From assembly GCA_965216465.1 (NCBI GenBank), contig CBDCFW010000006.1:224001-288000 (forward strand): a stretch of DNA of 64,000 bases, given 5' to 3'. Of the stretch, positions 36,155 through 46,743 are shown one piece after another (position 1 is the stretch's first letter; each line of letters opens with the position of its first letter). The position numbers and the translations under genes were made by a program. Below the pieces are notes generated by a model. The model did not search any database. It had not been told where the DNA came from and worked only from the letters and a program-made list of their open reading frames with translations. This stretch comes from Bacteroidia bacterium. GTDB lineage: Bacteria; Bacteroidota; Bacteroidia; NS11-12g; UBA9320.

Positions 36155-39007
36155 TTGAAGGTAGATAAATACGCACGGTACAAGTTAATATTTAGCATCT
36201 CAAATCACCCGCAACTTGGTGTTTTAATAAATCCATATGTTGTAGAGTTTACACCCATTGGAACGCTATCATTAACCTTTCAGAAAGTGTTTTCTGGCAA
36301 TGCTTCCTATTACACAAGACTTTCGCCAAAAGAGCTAGATCTTATTGCTGTTCTTGATGACATCATGATTGAGAATATCGTTAGAACTTATTCTCCAGTT
36401 CAAAAAATAAGGCCGAAAGAATATTTCAAAAAGCACTTTGATGAGGATCTATTTAAATCAAAGATTCGTCCTCAAATAGAAGCAACAATTGTGAAGCTTC
36501 TTCGAAGGCTTGATGCCGATTTTGATGCACTCTATGTTGCCGATGACATTAATCCTGCAGCCAAGCAGGTATTGATTCAGAAGGATTTTACTAAAGTACT
36601 TTTTCACTTTAGGCGAAATGAAAATGGCACATCCTACTTCGTAACGTTGAAACACGACGATGAGAAAGTATTGTTCATGAAACAACGTGGATTATTACTC
36701 TCAAAAAAACCTGCAAATCTGGTAGTAAATCAGCGGTTGTATAAATTTTACGACTTTGTCGACGGAGGCAAATTGGCGATATTTTTAAACCGCAAGTTCA
36801 TCCACATAAAGCCAGAAAGCGAAGAGAACTATTATGCGAAGTTTATTCGCCCGCTAATGGAAACTGCACCGGTTTTTGCACAAGGGTTTGATATTCAAAC
36901 TGAAAAAGTAAATGCAAGTCCAACCTTGTCACTAAAACAGGTTTCCAACCAAGTATTGTTTGAATTGAGGTTTAAATATGGAGAATCGTACTTTTCATAT
37001 AACCCGAAAAAGTTGTTTCATGTCGCCTTTGAATGGAATGATGCCAACCCTTTATTTACAAGATATAAAACATCAAAAACGTGGGAAACTAATCGCTTTC
37101 AAGCCTTATTATCGCTATCGCTTTCTGAAGTAGACAATCATTTATTATGCTACCAAGACGGATCAAAAGCTTCAGCAATGGATTGGCTTAGAGAACAAGC
37201 GGAAGTTTTACAATCTGCAGGATTTGAAGTTGATGCTAGTCTTGAAGTAAACTACAGTTTTGAAAAGCCCCAAATTCATTACACTATTTCAGACAATATC
37301 GATTGGTTCGATCTCGATATTAAAGTCACTGTAGGTGAATATGAAATTCCTTTCAAAAAGGTGGTTAATGAAATGAAGAAAGGCCGAACCGAAATGGAAT
37401 TGCCAAATGGTGATTTTTTCGTATTCCCAAAAGAATGGTTTGGCTTGGGTGAAGCACTAGCTCTTGCTAAATCTAACAAAGATCGCTTTGAAATAAAGAA
37501 ATATCAGCTAGACATTCTAAGTCTAATTCAGTCTGATAAAATCAAGAAGCACCTTTCGAAGGTCGTTAAAATCAAGAAAGAAAAACCTTCCTCACTATTC
37601 GATGGCAAACTTCGAAACTACCAACAAGACGGATTGAGCTGGTTAATGTTCTTATACAACAATCGATTTGGGGGCATCTTAGCTGACGACATGGGGCTGG
37701 GTAAAACGGTTCAAACCTTGGCATTTATTCAGCTGATAAATGAAAAGAAGAAGAAAGATCCAGACGTTACAATTCCATTTCTGCTTGTTGCTCCTACCTC
37801 TCTTCTTTACAATTGGCAAGCTGAAGCAAAACAGTTTACACGAGACCTCAAAGTAGCTATACATTCTGGGAACAGAAGAGCAAAGTCTATAGACGCTCTT
37901 CCAAATTGTGATATTCTAATTACCAGTTATGGTTTAGTGCGAAATGATTTTGAGCTACTATCTCAATTGCAATTTGAAGTTATCATTTTAGACGAAAGTC
38001 AAAACATCAAGAATAATCGCTCTAAAACAACTCAGTTTGCGAACAAGCTTATAGCAAAATGCAGACTTGCTTTAACAGGAACGCCCATAGAAAACTCGAT
38101 TAAAGACTTGTGGAGTCAAATGAATTTTCTAAATAAAGGATTACTCGGATCCTTAAATCACTTCACCGAAAAGTACGTTAAGCCTATTGAGAAAAAACAA
38201 AACAAAGAGGTTGCACAAGAATTACAAAAGTTGATTAAGCCGTTCTTATTGCGACGAACCAAAGAAGAAGTGGCCAAAGAGTTACCTCCACTGACCGAAA
38301 AAGTGATTTACTGCGAAATGTCTGAAGACCAATCGAGTGTTTATGAGGAGGTGAAATCGGAGTATAGAAACGCTTTATTGAATGTAAACGAGAACCAGTT
38401 CAAGAAAAACAAGCTCTCTATTCTTCAAGGGCTTTCGAAACTACGGCAAATTGCAAATCATCCAAAACTGGCTGATCCTGAATACTTGTCAGATAGTGGC
38501 AAGCATCGCATGTTGGTCGAGCACATTGTAACCGCCATTCAAGAGCATCACAAGGTTCTTGTATTTTCACAATTTGTAACCTACCTCGAATTAATTGAAG
38601 CTGAAGTCAAGAAATTAAAAATCCCTTATTTCAAACTAACAGGTGCTACTCCAAAAGAACAACGAGCTGACCAGGTTAAACAGTTTCAAGAAACAGAAAA
38701 CACACCTCTATTCTTAATTTCCTTAAAAGCTGGCGGCACGGGTCTAAACCTTACTTCAGCTGATTACGTATTTATAGTAGACCCGTGGTGGAACCCTGCG
38801 GCAGAGGCACAAGCCCGAGACAGAACTCATCGAATCGGCCAGGTGAAAAACGTGTTCAGTTACAAGTTCATTTCTAAAGATACCATTGAAGAAAAGATTG
38901 TTCAGCTTCAGCGCAAAAAGGAGAACTACTCAAAGGAAATAATAATTGCTGAAAATAACATAATACAGAATCTTGACATTAAAGACGTGCAAATGTTGCT
39001 AGCTTAA
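36155..39007 (+). CDS. SNF2/SWI2-family helicase
   Basis: LRNYQQDG, LADDMGLGKT, PTSLLYNW, LDESQNIKN, LTGTPIEN, LRRTK, VFSQF, SLKAGGTGLNL, DPWWNPA and RTHRIGQ. Confidence 0.95.
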   Translation: MKVDKYARYKLIFSISNHPQLGVLINPYVVEFTPIGTLSLTFQKVFSGNASYYTRLSPKELDLIAVLDDIMIENIVRTYSPVQKIRPKEYFKKHFDEDLFKSKIRPQIEATIVKLLRRLDADFDALYVADDINPAAKQVLIQKDFTKVLFHFRRNENGTSYFVTLKHDDEKVLFMKQRGLLLSKKPANLVVNQRLYKFYDFVDGGKLAIFLNRKFIHIKPESEENYYAKFIRPLMETAPVFAQGFDIQTEKVNASPTLSLKQVSNQVLFELRFKYGESYFSYNPKKLFHVAFEWNDANPLFTRYKTSKTWETNRFQALLSLSLSEVDNHLLCYQDGSKASAMDWLREQAEVLQSAGFEVDASLEVNYSFEKPQIHYTISDNIDWFDLDIKVTVGEYEIPFKKVVNEMKKGRTEMELPNGDFFVFPKEWFGLGEALALAKSNKDRFEIKKYQLDILSLIQSDKIKKHLSKVVKIKKEKPSSLFDGKLRNYQQDGLSWLMFLYNNRFGGILADDMGLGKTVQTLAFIQLINEKKKKDPDVTIPFLLVAPTSLLYNWQAEAKQFTRDLKVAIHSGNRRAKSIDALPNCDILITSYGLVRNDFELLSQLQFEVIILDESQNIKNNRSKTTQFANKLIAKCRLALTGTPIENSIKDLWSQMNFLNKGLLGSLNHFTEKYVKPIEKKQNKEVAQELQKLIKPFLLRRTKEEVAKELPPLTEKVIYCEMSEDQSSVYEEVKSEYRNALLNVNENQFKKNKLSILQGLSKLRQIANHPKLADPEYLSDSGKHRMLVEHIVTAIQEHHKVLVFSQFVTYLELIEAEVKKLKIPYFKLTGATPKEQRADQVKQFQETENTPLFLISLKAGGTGLNLTSADYVFIVDPWWNPAAEAQARDRTHRIGQVKNVFSYKFISKDTIEEKIVQLQRKKENYSKEIIIAENNIIQNLDIKDVQMLLA

Positions 39008-39049
39008 CTTGAAAATAGCCTACATTTGGAACATTAACAATACTGCAAC

Positions 39050-39826
39050 ATGAAAAAAACACTTACTCTCTTATTGGTATTGTCTTTGGCAATAACAACT
39101 CAAGCACAAAAAACTGTAGACATTTCGTTAGACGAAATTGTAGCCCCTACAGAGCTAGTATCAACCCAGCAAGGTACCACAATTACTGCTTATTTCTCTT
39201 GTAAAAATAACGGAACTGAAACGATGCAAGTTGGCGACTCCCTTCTTTTTGGATTTGCAATTTGGAACCTAGCTGACAACCAGCTATTGTTTGGTGGGCC
39301 AAATGGAATTTTAGATCAATCTAACGGTTACATCATGCGATTACAAAAAACCCTTGCTCCGCAAGACACTGTTGGACTTAGGTTTACAATTAACTCTCAA
39401 TATTTTGTGAGAAATTCTCTAGACATTCGATTAGGTGGATGGTGCATGGTAGATATCAATTCTGATGTTACAACCTTTGACGATCCAGATACCGATAACA
39501 ATGGTAACTTTAGAGATATTACTTGGTGGAATGAATATAGAAATGGCGTTTCTGTTGATGAGATTCAGTACAATAACAACATGGCTGTTTACCCTAACCC
39601 AGCTTCTTCAATGTTGAACATCGAACTTCTTTTAACCCAATTTGATGATGTTAAAGTTGAATTAATCGATTTAAACGGTTCAGTTGTTTTATCTGAGAAT
39701 GTAAATTCAGCAATTAGCGAAAGAGCTTTTTCAGTTGATATTTCAGACATCGCAAACGGACTTTACATTGTTAAAGTTACCAACGGTGATCAAGTAAGTA
39801 CTAGCAAAGTAACAATTACTCACTAA
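39050..39826 (+). CDS. Small T9SS type A CTD secreted protein
   Basis: Signal peptide (TTQA|Q); CTD VYPNPAS...LIDLNG...NGLYIVKV...SKVTITH; -7 box TACATTTG at 39021-39028. Confidence 0.85.
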   Translation: MKKTLTLLLVLSLAITTQAQKTVDISLDEIVAPTELVSTQQGTTITAYFSCKNNGTETMQVGDSLLFGFAIWNLADNQLLFGGPNGILDQSNGYIMRLQKTLAPQDTVGLRFTINSQYFVRNSLDIRLGGWCMVDINSDVTTFDDPDTDNNGNFRDITWWNEYRNGVSVDEIQYNNNMAVYPNPASSMLNIELLLTQFDDVKVELIDLNGSVVLSENVNSAISERAFSVDISDIANGLYIVKVTNGDQVSTSKVTITH

Positions 39827-39842
39827 GAGTTTAGAACATATT

Positions 39843-39878
39843 AAAAAGTCCTCGGTTCAAGCCGGGGATTTTTTTTTT
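39843..39878 (+). terminator. Intrinsic terminator
   Basis: gtcctcggt-tcaa-gccggggat hairpin followed by a long T-run. Confidence 0.85.
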
Positions 39879-39927
39879 GCATTCAACTTTCTGAATATAA
39901 TCTAATTCTTGCGTTATTTACAGGAAC

Positions 39928-39962
39928 AAAAAAATCCTCTCAAATGATTGAGAGGATTTTTT
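39928..39962 (-). terminator. Intrinsic terminator (symmetric) for the 40024-42579 gene
   Basis: aaaaaaatcctctcaa-atga-ttgagaggatttttt perfect inverted repeat. Confidence 0.85.
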
Positions 39963-40023
39963 CTAAAGCTTAACGCCCATGGCATTAAGCTAACGTGTTA
40001 ATTGGTTAGTCTAAGCTTAATAG

Positions 40024-42579
40024 CTAGTCTATCTGTATCATTATTGTTCTTGAAGAGAAACTACCGACTACTCGTACAGTGTATAATCCTGCACTTAAGC
40101 CTGTTGTTTCTGCATCACATTGTCCAATTCCGTCCCAAGAACCAATTACAGATCCTTGCAGATCTAATAATTCTACGTGAAGAACTTCTTCTGCATCTGC
40201 AGCTTTAATTGTAAAGTTACCTTTGGTTGGGTTTGGATATACCGAAACGTCAATTACTGATTCAAGATCTACCCGTACTACATCCGAATAGTCGAATTGA
40301 CCATCATAATCAATTTGCTTAATTCGGTAGTAAACGGTAGCTCCAGACTGAACATTGCGATCTACAAAGCTGTAATCGATTAACTCATTTGAGTTTCCAG
40401 CACCAAATATTTCACCCACTTTAACAAAGTCATCTTCTCCTTTAAACATTCTTTCAACTTCGAATGACTCATTGTTTAATTCAGAAGCGGTTGACCATTC
40501 AACAAGAATATCTGTTCCATTTATCGGCTTAGCTTTAACTCCAATAAATTCAACAGGAACTGCACCTAACCAAGTGTACCTGTACAGTGCAGAAGACTGA
40601 TCTTCTAAGCAAGATCCATCGACTACAGAATACATAATTTGAGCTTCCTGACAGCAGTAAATTTTAAAAGTAAGTAAGCTGTTGTCGAAACTTGTAATGG
40701 TATAAGGATTTGATTGCGATGGAGGATTTGTATTGTCGTCGCCCAAAGTAATTTGAGTTCCGTTGTACCATACTTCATTGCTATCGTTTAACGGAAGGCC
40801 AGTAATCCATACTTCATCTAATGTAAATGGTGTTCCATCTTCGTTATCTTCTCCTCTTAAGTCGAAGAATGAATTTTGACCTGGGTCGTTTCCAACACCA
40901 AACTCAATTCCTATTGTTATCTCCTCACCGAAATAAGGTTTATTAATTTGCTGTGTATATGAGATTGCATCAGGACGCTCGTTAATTCCAAAGTTTGCAT
41001 CGGTAACATGAGCTCCACTAACAGATATTCCAGAAAGCTCACCATCTGTTGATCCATCGGTTCCTGTTCCTGTTCCTAATTTTTCTCCAGTAAATGCCCA
41101 AGTTCCAGGTAAATCAGAAGTATTTCCTGTTGAACCTACTGTAGGTGCACTGGTTTTGATTAAAACATCAAATGTTCCATTTGGTCCACACGAAAATTCA
41201 TATGATCCATCACCAGCAACGGCCACGCTTTCAACTACTTCTCCAGATCCGTTTACAAGAACAGCATAAAGTTGCGAACCGTCAGGGTTATTAATTCCTG
41301 AGCCGTCAACTTCGTTATCTACACAAACTCCATCAACATCGTGAAATACATTTCCAGAGATGCGGTGTTCAATGTCAATAACAGCGGTATCGTATTGCGT
41401 ACAACCTGTTCTTGGAGAATAGGTATAAACAATTGAATAACTACCACTAGCAGTAGGACCAACAGTTATGTCTCCAGTTGTTCCATTAATTGCTACTCCA
41501 GAAGCAGCAGGAGAAATCGTAAAGCTTCCTCCGTCAGTACTTGCAGGACCCGAGTTGGTTGGAGAATATACTCCACCATCTTTACAAATAGTTGGATAAC
41601 TGATATCTGCAACTCCAACATTCAATACCAATTGAATTGGTGCAATCATGTCTTTCAAGTCTGCATTTGACGAGCTAGAAGATTTAGTTTTAACAAATAC
41701 GGTTTCAAAAAGTAAACCTGTACAAGGGTCTGTGTTAATTGAACCATCTACCATGTTTGTAACATTGATAGCTGCTTCCACAAACTGAATTGAAGTATAT
41801 GCACTTAATCCAAAAGCGGAATATGGAGCATTAATTGAGGCTGTGTTCGAATAGCCAAAAGCATCTGCAGATGATATGGTAAAAGCTTCCCAGTCGTATC
41901 CGCATGTTGCTGACACGCTAGCCGCCCAGCGATAGAAGTAAATACTGTCTACAGAACCTCCATTGGTATACTCTACTGTAACCAATAGATCTCCTATAGT
42001 ACGACCGCAATCTGTACCTGATGTCGTAAATGAACCGCTACTTCCTCCTGAAGGAGCAACAGCTGTAATTCCATTCTGGTAAAATTCAAAATCTATATAG
42101 CTCGTACCTGTTATAGTATACCGGTCTCCAGCCATAATAGCCCACAAGTCACCAGTTGCCTTGTCATTCGAAATATGAATGTTTGCATTGTTCATTTCGT
42201 CTTTGTTTGGAACACTACCGTATTTCCATCCCCAGGTGGTAGGATTGGCGTTAGATTTGTTTCCACCATTAAAGACGTCGTCTGTACCACTGCCTGGCGT
42301 GTTGTACAAATCGCTGATATGATAAGTGAGAGGCATGTCGCGGGTATTTCCATTATCGAATAATACTGATCCGCTATCGGTGCCATTAGTTTGTGACCCT
42401 TTGGTCCAATCACCATACAATGAGCTTTGTCTTTCGATAAAGCCATCAATGTTAAAAGGAAGGTCAATTGATTCTAAAGTTGGAGTTTGACTCGAACTTT
42501 GAGCATTAGATAAGTTAGGGATTAAAATGAAAGATAGGAGCATTCCTATGCTAGCTAATCCAAGTAATAATTTCTTCAT
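40024..42579 (-). CDS. T9SS type A CTD secreted multidomain protein
   Basis: Signal peptide; Ser/Thr/Gly-rich N-terminal domain; SdrD-B/prealbumin-like segment (ISGNVFHDVDG...ANFGI); VPVEF Ig-like domain; CTD VYPNPTKG...DLQG...GLYTVRV. Confidence 0.85.
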   Translation of the reverse strand: MKKLLLGLASIGMLLSFILIPNLSNAQSSSQTPTLESIDLPFNIDGFIERQSSLYGDWTKGSQTNGTDSGSVLFDNGNTRDMPLTYHISDLYNTPGSGTDDVFNGGNKSNANPTTWGWKYGSVPNKDEMNNANIHISNDKATGDLWAIMAGDRYTITGTSYIDFEFYQNGITAVAPSGGSSGSFTTSGTDCGRTIGDLLVTVEYTNGGSVDSIYFYRWAASVSATCGYDWEAFTISSADAFGYSNTASINAPYSAFGLSAYTSIQFVEAAINVTNMVDGSINTDPCTGLLFETVFVKTKSSSSSNADLKDMIAPIQLVLNVGVADISYPTICKDGGVYSPTNSGPASTDGGSFTISPAASGVAINGTTGDITVGPTASGSYSIVYTYSPRTGCTQYDTAVIDIEHRISGNVFHDVDGVCVDNEVDGSGINNPDGSQLYAVLVNGSGEVVESVAVAGDGSYEFSCGPNGTFDVLIKTSAPTVGSTGNTSDLPGTWAFTGEKLGTGTGTDGSTDGELSGISVSGAHVTDANFGINERPDAISYTQQINKPYFGEEITIGIEFGVGNDPGQNSFFDLRGEDNEDGTPFTLDEVWITGLPLNDSNEVWYNGTQITLGDDNTNPPSQSNPYTITSFDNSLLTFKIYCCQEAQIMYSVVDGSCLEDQSSALYRYTWLGAVPVEFIGVKAKPINGTDILVEWSTASELNNESFEVERMFKGEDDFVKVGEIFGAGNSNELIDYSFVDRNVQSGATVYYRIKQIDYDGQFDYSDVVRVDLESVIDVSVYPNPTKGNFTIKAADAEEVLHVELLDLQGSVIGSWDGIGQCDAETTGLSAGLYTVRVVGSFSSRTIMIQID

Positions 42580-42645
42580 TATAAATTAATTAAGGTTACT
42601 ATTGAACTAAGGTTAAATACGTTCGATACCCGTAGGCATCTCGAA

Positions 42646-42653
42646 CAAAAATA
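42646..42653 (-). promoter_or_regulatory. Sigma-A -7 box (TATTTTTG)
   Basis: TAnnTTTG match 66 nt upstream of the ATG, followed by a leader hairpin. Confidence 0.5.
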
Positions 42654-42948
42654 CAGTTTTCCACACACTATGCACAAAAAATCAGTGTTAAATTTCTTAA
42701 AAATACTCCCTGGCGATGGGTATAAGGGGCTGAATACTTGCTATTTGATAGTTTGTATATCCCTTTATAGTTAGAAACAAGGTTCAAACCAGTGAACGTC
42801 ATAAACCCATATCATTCTTAAATCGGAACTTCCAAATTCGTCCATCCAAAACATTACTAGAGGCCTAATAAATTAGCCGGATTTGTGACGCTATAAACTG
42901 AAATAATTGATACATTTGTCCGGAGCTAAAAAATCAACAAAAGACTTT

Positions 42949-43701
42949 ATGGCAGGACATAGTAAATGGGCAAATATTAAGCATCGTAAAGCCGCCCAAG
43001 ACAAAAAGAGAGCAAAAGTTTGGACCAGAATAATAAAGGAGATAACCATCGCCGCTCGTGATGGCGGACCTGACCCTGACAGCAACCCTGCTCTCCGACT
43101 CGCTATTCAAAACGCTAAAGGTGCGAACATGAATAAGGACACCATGGAGCGCGCGATTAAAAAGGGCTCTGGCGATGAAGCTGCAAACTTGCAAACTGTT
43201 ACCTATGAAGGATATGGACCGCATGGTATAGCTATGTTCATTGAAGCGACTACTGACAACATCAATAGAACTGTAGCCAGTGTTCGATCAATTTTCACAA
43301 AGAACAATGGAAGCTTAGGAACTAATGGCTCGCTAAGTTTCATTTTTGATGCCAAAGGAGTTTTTACTATTGACAACGCTGCCTTAGAAGGTAAAGATAT
43401 GGATGAGATGGAGCTTGAGTTTATTGATGGTGGTGCAGAAGATATGGAACGAGACGATGAACTGACTACCATTTACACTTCATTCGATGATTATGGAAAC
43501 ATGCAAAAGAAACTTCAAGAGCTGAGCATTGAAGTTAAGGCCACTGAAATCCAGCAAATTCCTAAAACAACAACCGCACTAGAACTTGAAGCTGCTCAAC
43601 AAGTACTGGCCATCGTCGACAAATTTGAAGAAGACGATGATGTGCAAGCCGTATTTCACAACTTAGAACTTACAGAAGAATTGCTAGCTAATCTAGATTA
43701 G
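42949..43701 (+). CDS. yebC: YebC/PmpR family protein
   Basis: [41 protein letters not shown] and [13 protein letters not shown] 42949 is preferred; -7 box TACATTTG at 42911-42918. Confidence 0.95.
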   Translation: MAGHSKWANIKHRKAAQDKKRAKVWTRIIKEITIAARDGGPDPDSNPALRLAIQNAKGANMNKDTMERAIKKGSGDEAANLQTVTYEGYGPHGIAMFIEATTDNINRTVASVRSIFTKNNGSLGTNGSLSFIFDAKGVFTIDNAALEGKDMDEMELEFIDGGAEDMERDDELTTIYTSFDDYGNMQKKLQELSIEVKATEIQQIPKTTTALELEAAQQVLAIVDKFEEDDDVQAVFHNLELTEELLANLD

Positions 43702-43703
43702 TC

Positions 43704-45242
43704 ATGAATAAAAGAGACACGTTACACGAGAAAATTGCTGCCTCAAAATTAGGTGGTGGGGAGAAAAGAATAGATTCACAACATGCTAAAGGTAAGCTTA
43801 CTGCCCGCGAACGCATCGATCTTCTAATGGACAAAAATTCATTTGAAGAAATAGGAGCACTAATTAAGCACCGAAGCACTGATTTTGGTATGGAGAAAAT
43901 GCACTATCCGGGTGATGGAGTAGTTACCGGATATGGAACTATAAATGGTCGATTGGTTTATGTTTTTTCTCAAGACTTTACTGTTTTTGGTGGTTCATTA
44001 TCGGAAACGCATGCGGAAAAAATTTGCAAGATCATGGATATGGCCATGAAAAATGGTGCACCTGTAATTGGGCTAAACGATAGTGGTGGTGCACGTATTC
44101 AAGAAGGGGTCGTTTCTTTGGGTGGATACGCTGACATTTTTTACCGAAATACATTAGCGAGTGGAGTAATACCCCAGATTTCTGCAATTATGGGTCCATG
44201 TGCGGGTGGTGCGGTGTACTCTCCTGCTATAACAGATTTCATTCTAATGGTCGAAGACACGAGCTACATGTTTGTAACTGGGCCTAATGTTGTTAAGACC
44301 GTAACAAACGAAGAAGTTTCTGCTGAAGATTTAGGTGGCGCTTCTGTACACTCAGACAAATCTGGTGTTGCTCATATAACTTCAGGAAATGACGTTGAAG
44401 CAATTGACGATATTAAGAAGCTGCTATCTTATATGCCACAAAACTGCGAAGAGAAAGTACCAAGCTTAAACTATGAGTTGCAGGAAGAGTTGAGGATGGA
44501 GCTTAAAGATATCGTGCCAGAAAATGCGAATCAGCCTTATGACATCCGCGAGGTGATTAATGGCGTGATCGACGAGGAGAGTTTTTATGAAATTCATGAA
44601 GATTTCGCACCCAATATTGTGGTTGGTTTTGCTCGATTAGCCGGACGAAGTATTGGAATTGTTGCAAATCAACCTGCCTATCTAGCCGGAGTGCTAGATG
44701 TTAAATCTTCACAAAAAGGAGCTCGATTTGTACGTTTTTGTGATTGTTTTAATATTCCTCTTTTGGTCTTTGAAGATGTACCCGGATTTTTACCAGGAAC
44801 CGATCAAGAATGGAATGCAATTATTACAAACGGAGCTAAATTACTTTATGCATTTAGTGAGGCAACCGTTCCACGTATTACGGTAATCACTCGAAAAGCC
44901 TATGGAGGTGCTTACGATGTGATGAACAGTAAACATATTGGTGCTGACATGAACTTCGCGTGGCCAACAGCCGAAATTGCGGTTATGGGTGCAAAAGGGG
45001 CTGCTGAAATTATATTCAAACGCGAAATTTCAAGTGCTGAAGATCAAAACCAAGCTTGGTTAGAAAAAGAGAAGGAGTATGCCGACATTTTTGCTAATCC
45101 TTATCGTGCAGCTGAGCGTGGATTTGTTGACGAAGTTATTCTTCCAGAAAATACGCGAATCAAGCTGATTAAAGCTTTTGCGATGTTGGAGAATAAGGTA
45201 GATCATTTACCTAAAAAGAAACACGGAAATATTCCGTTATAA
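43704..45242 (+). CDS. pccB: Acyl-CoA (propionyl/methylmalonyl-CoA) carboxylase carboxyltransferase subunit
   Basis: [63 protein letters not shown] and KKHGNIPL. Confidence 0.9.
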   Translation: MNKRDTLHEKIAASKLGGGEKRIDSQHAKGKLTARERIDLLMDKNSFEEIGALIKHRSTDFGMEKMHYPGDGVVTGYGTINGRLVYVFSQDFTVFGGSLSETHAEKICKIMDMAMKNGAPVIGLNDSGGARIQEGVVSLGGYADIFYRNTLASGVIPQISAIMGPCAGGAVYSPAITDFILMVEDTSYMFVTGPNVVKTVTNEEVSAEDLGGASVHSDKSGVAHITSGNDVEAIDDIKKLLSYMPQNCEEKVPSLNYELQEELRMELKDIVPENANQPYDIREVINGVIDEESFYEIHEDFAPNIVVGFARLAGRSIGIVANQPAYLAGVLDVKSSQKGARFVRFCDCFNIPLLVFEDVPGFLPGTDQEWNAIITNGAKLLYAFSEATVPRITVITRKAYGGAYDVMNSKHIGADMNFAWPTAEIAVMGAKGAAEIIFKREISSAEDQNQAWLEKEKEYADIFANPYRAAERGFVDEVILPENTRIKLIKAFAMLENKVDHLPKKKHGNIPL

Positions 45243-45319
45243 TCTAAATCTAAGATTATTGTCATCTAATTATTTAGAGTGCTTGTTTTTACATCAGACT
45301 AAATATATTTGAAAATTAT

Positions 45320-45694
45320 ATGTATATACAAGGATTTCCGCTAAAGCCAATCTTTCTGACCCTATTAAGCGTATTATTCTTGCATAGCTGCACATACTTT
45401 GTAGAGGAAGAACTCTACGAACAAAAGAAATGTGAACGTGCAGATCTTTCCTATTCTGAGGATGTAATCCCTATCCTTACCAATCGAGGTTGTTTGGCTT
45501 GTCATGGTGACCTTGCTTCGTTAGACCTGAATGGATATGACGATTTGAAAGTATACATTGATAATGGGGCCTTTTTAGGCAGCATACGTCATGAAGACGG
45601 CTTTCAACCCATGCCTCAAAACAGTCCAAAGTTGAGCGATTGTGAAATCAATATAATTAAAGCTTGGATTGCTCAAGGAGCACTAAACAACTAA
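45320..45694 (+). CDS. Monoheme cytochrome c lipoprotein
   Basis: Lipobox LHSC; SY..DV.PIL...CLACH heme motif; distal PMP Met ligand; I.AWIAQGALNN. Confidence 0.78.
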   Translation: MYIQGFPLKPIFLTLLSVLFLHSCTYFVEEELYEQKKCERADLSYSEDVIPILTNRGCLACHGDLASLDLNGYDDLKVYIDNGAFLGSIRHEDGFQPMPQNSPKLSDCEINIIKAWIAQGALNN

Positions 45695-45701
45695 CAATCT
45701 G

Positions 45702-46148
45702 ATGAAAAGAATAACCATACTAATCATACTTTTTTGTGCATTGGGAGGCGGGTTTTATGCCTACAAAATGTACAATAAAAAGCACATTGATGTGCAAGAA
45801 ACTAAAGCGAGTCTGCGTATTTCAGCTCAAGCACTTTTTGAAGAATTTGAACAGAACAACGATAAGGCACGTGAGGCATATGAAGACCAAGTTATTGAGG
45901 TTGAAGGGAGCATTTATACCTTAGATTTAAGTAATTCTGCAGAACCTCAAGTAGTACTAGAAGCCAACGGTATAGACGGTTACGTGCGTTGTGGATTTAA
46001 ACAAACCGAACTAGATCGTGTTAAACAACTTAGTGATACATCAACCATTATTCTTAAAGGAGAATGTAAAGGTTATAACGGATCTGAAGAACTTGATCTA
46101 CTTGCTGACAAGGAAGTAGTTCTTTCAAATTGCATAATAATTGAATAA
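45702..46148 (+). CDS. Membrane-anchored OB-fold protein (tRNA_anti-like)
   Basis: N-terminal TM; ISAQALFEEF..N...A...Y.DQVIEVEG.I, VRC.F, LKG.C.G and L..C.I. Confidence 0.72.
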   Translation: MKRITILIILFCALGGGFYAYKMYNKKHIDVQETKASLRISAQALFEEFEQNNDKAREAYEDQVIEVEGSIYTLDLSNSAEPQVVLEANGIDGYVRCGFKQTELDRVKQLSDTSTIILKGECKGYNGSEELDLLADKEVVLSNCIIIE

Positions 46149-46154
46149 ATAAAC

Positions 46155-46715
46155 GTGATGAAAAAATTGATAATTATTTTAATTGCTGCTTGCAGCTTTT
46201 TGGCTTTCACAAACCACGGGGGTGGTATTTACAAATCGAACACCGGAAACATTGATTTCTACAGTCATACGGTTGCTGAAGATATTTCTGCAGTTAATCA
46301 TAAGGTTAAAACAGCTTTTGATTCTGAATCAGGCAAGATTCAATACAGCGTATTGATTAAAGATTTCGAATTTGAAAAAGCTTTAATGCAAGAACACTTT
46401 AATGAGAATTATTTGGAAAGTGACAAATATCCAAAGTCTACATTTAATGGTATGATTGATCAGGTAGAAAGCATAAACTTTCAAAAAGATGGCACTTACA
46501 AATCAACTGTTACGGGTAATCTAACTATAAAAGACGTTACGAAAAAGGTAAGCACCGAGGGAACCTTTGTGGTTAGCGGAGGAAAAGTACAGCTTAAAGG
46601 GAGCTTCATAGTAAACCCTGAAGAATACAACATAGAAATTCCAAAGCTTGTAAGCAAGAATATTTCACGAGACATTAAAATTTCTGTTGACGTGATGTAT
46701 TCCCACACGCATTAA
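46155..46715 (+). CDS. YceI family periplasmic lipid/polyisoprenoid-binding protein
   Basis: Signal peptide; I.FYS, EDISA.N, F.FEKALMQEHFNENYLESDKYPKSTF.G and GNLTIKDVTK. Confidence 0.88.
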   Translation: MMKKLIIILIAACSFLAFTNHGGGIYKSNTGNIDFYSHTVAEDISAVNHKVKTAFDSESGKIQYSVLIKDFEFEKALMQEHFNENYLESDKYPKSTFNGMIDQVESINFQKDGTYKSTVTGNLTIKDVTKKVSTEGTFVVSGGKVQLKGSFIVNPEEYNIEIPKLVSKNISRDIKISVDVMYSHTH

Positions 46716-46743
46716 AATCACAACATTTTTATAACTTGCTACC

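Noticed and set aside
36155-39007. SNF2 helicase as part of an anti-phage defence island
   Set aside because: No methyltransferase, nuclease or other defence gene is adjacent, and the context is housekeeping.
42660-42900. ncRNA or small gene in the long intergenic region before yebC
   Set aside because: No tRNA fold, terminator or credible ORF seen; most likely promoter DNA for two divergent genes.
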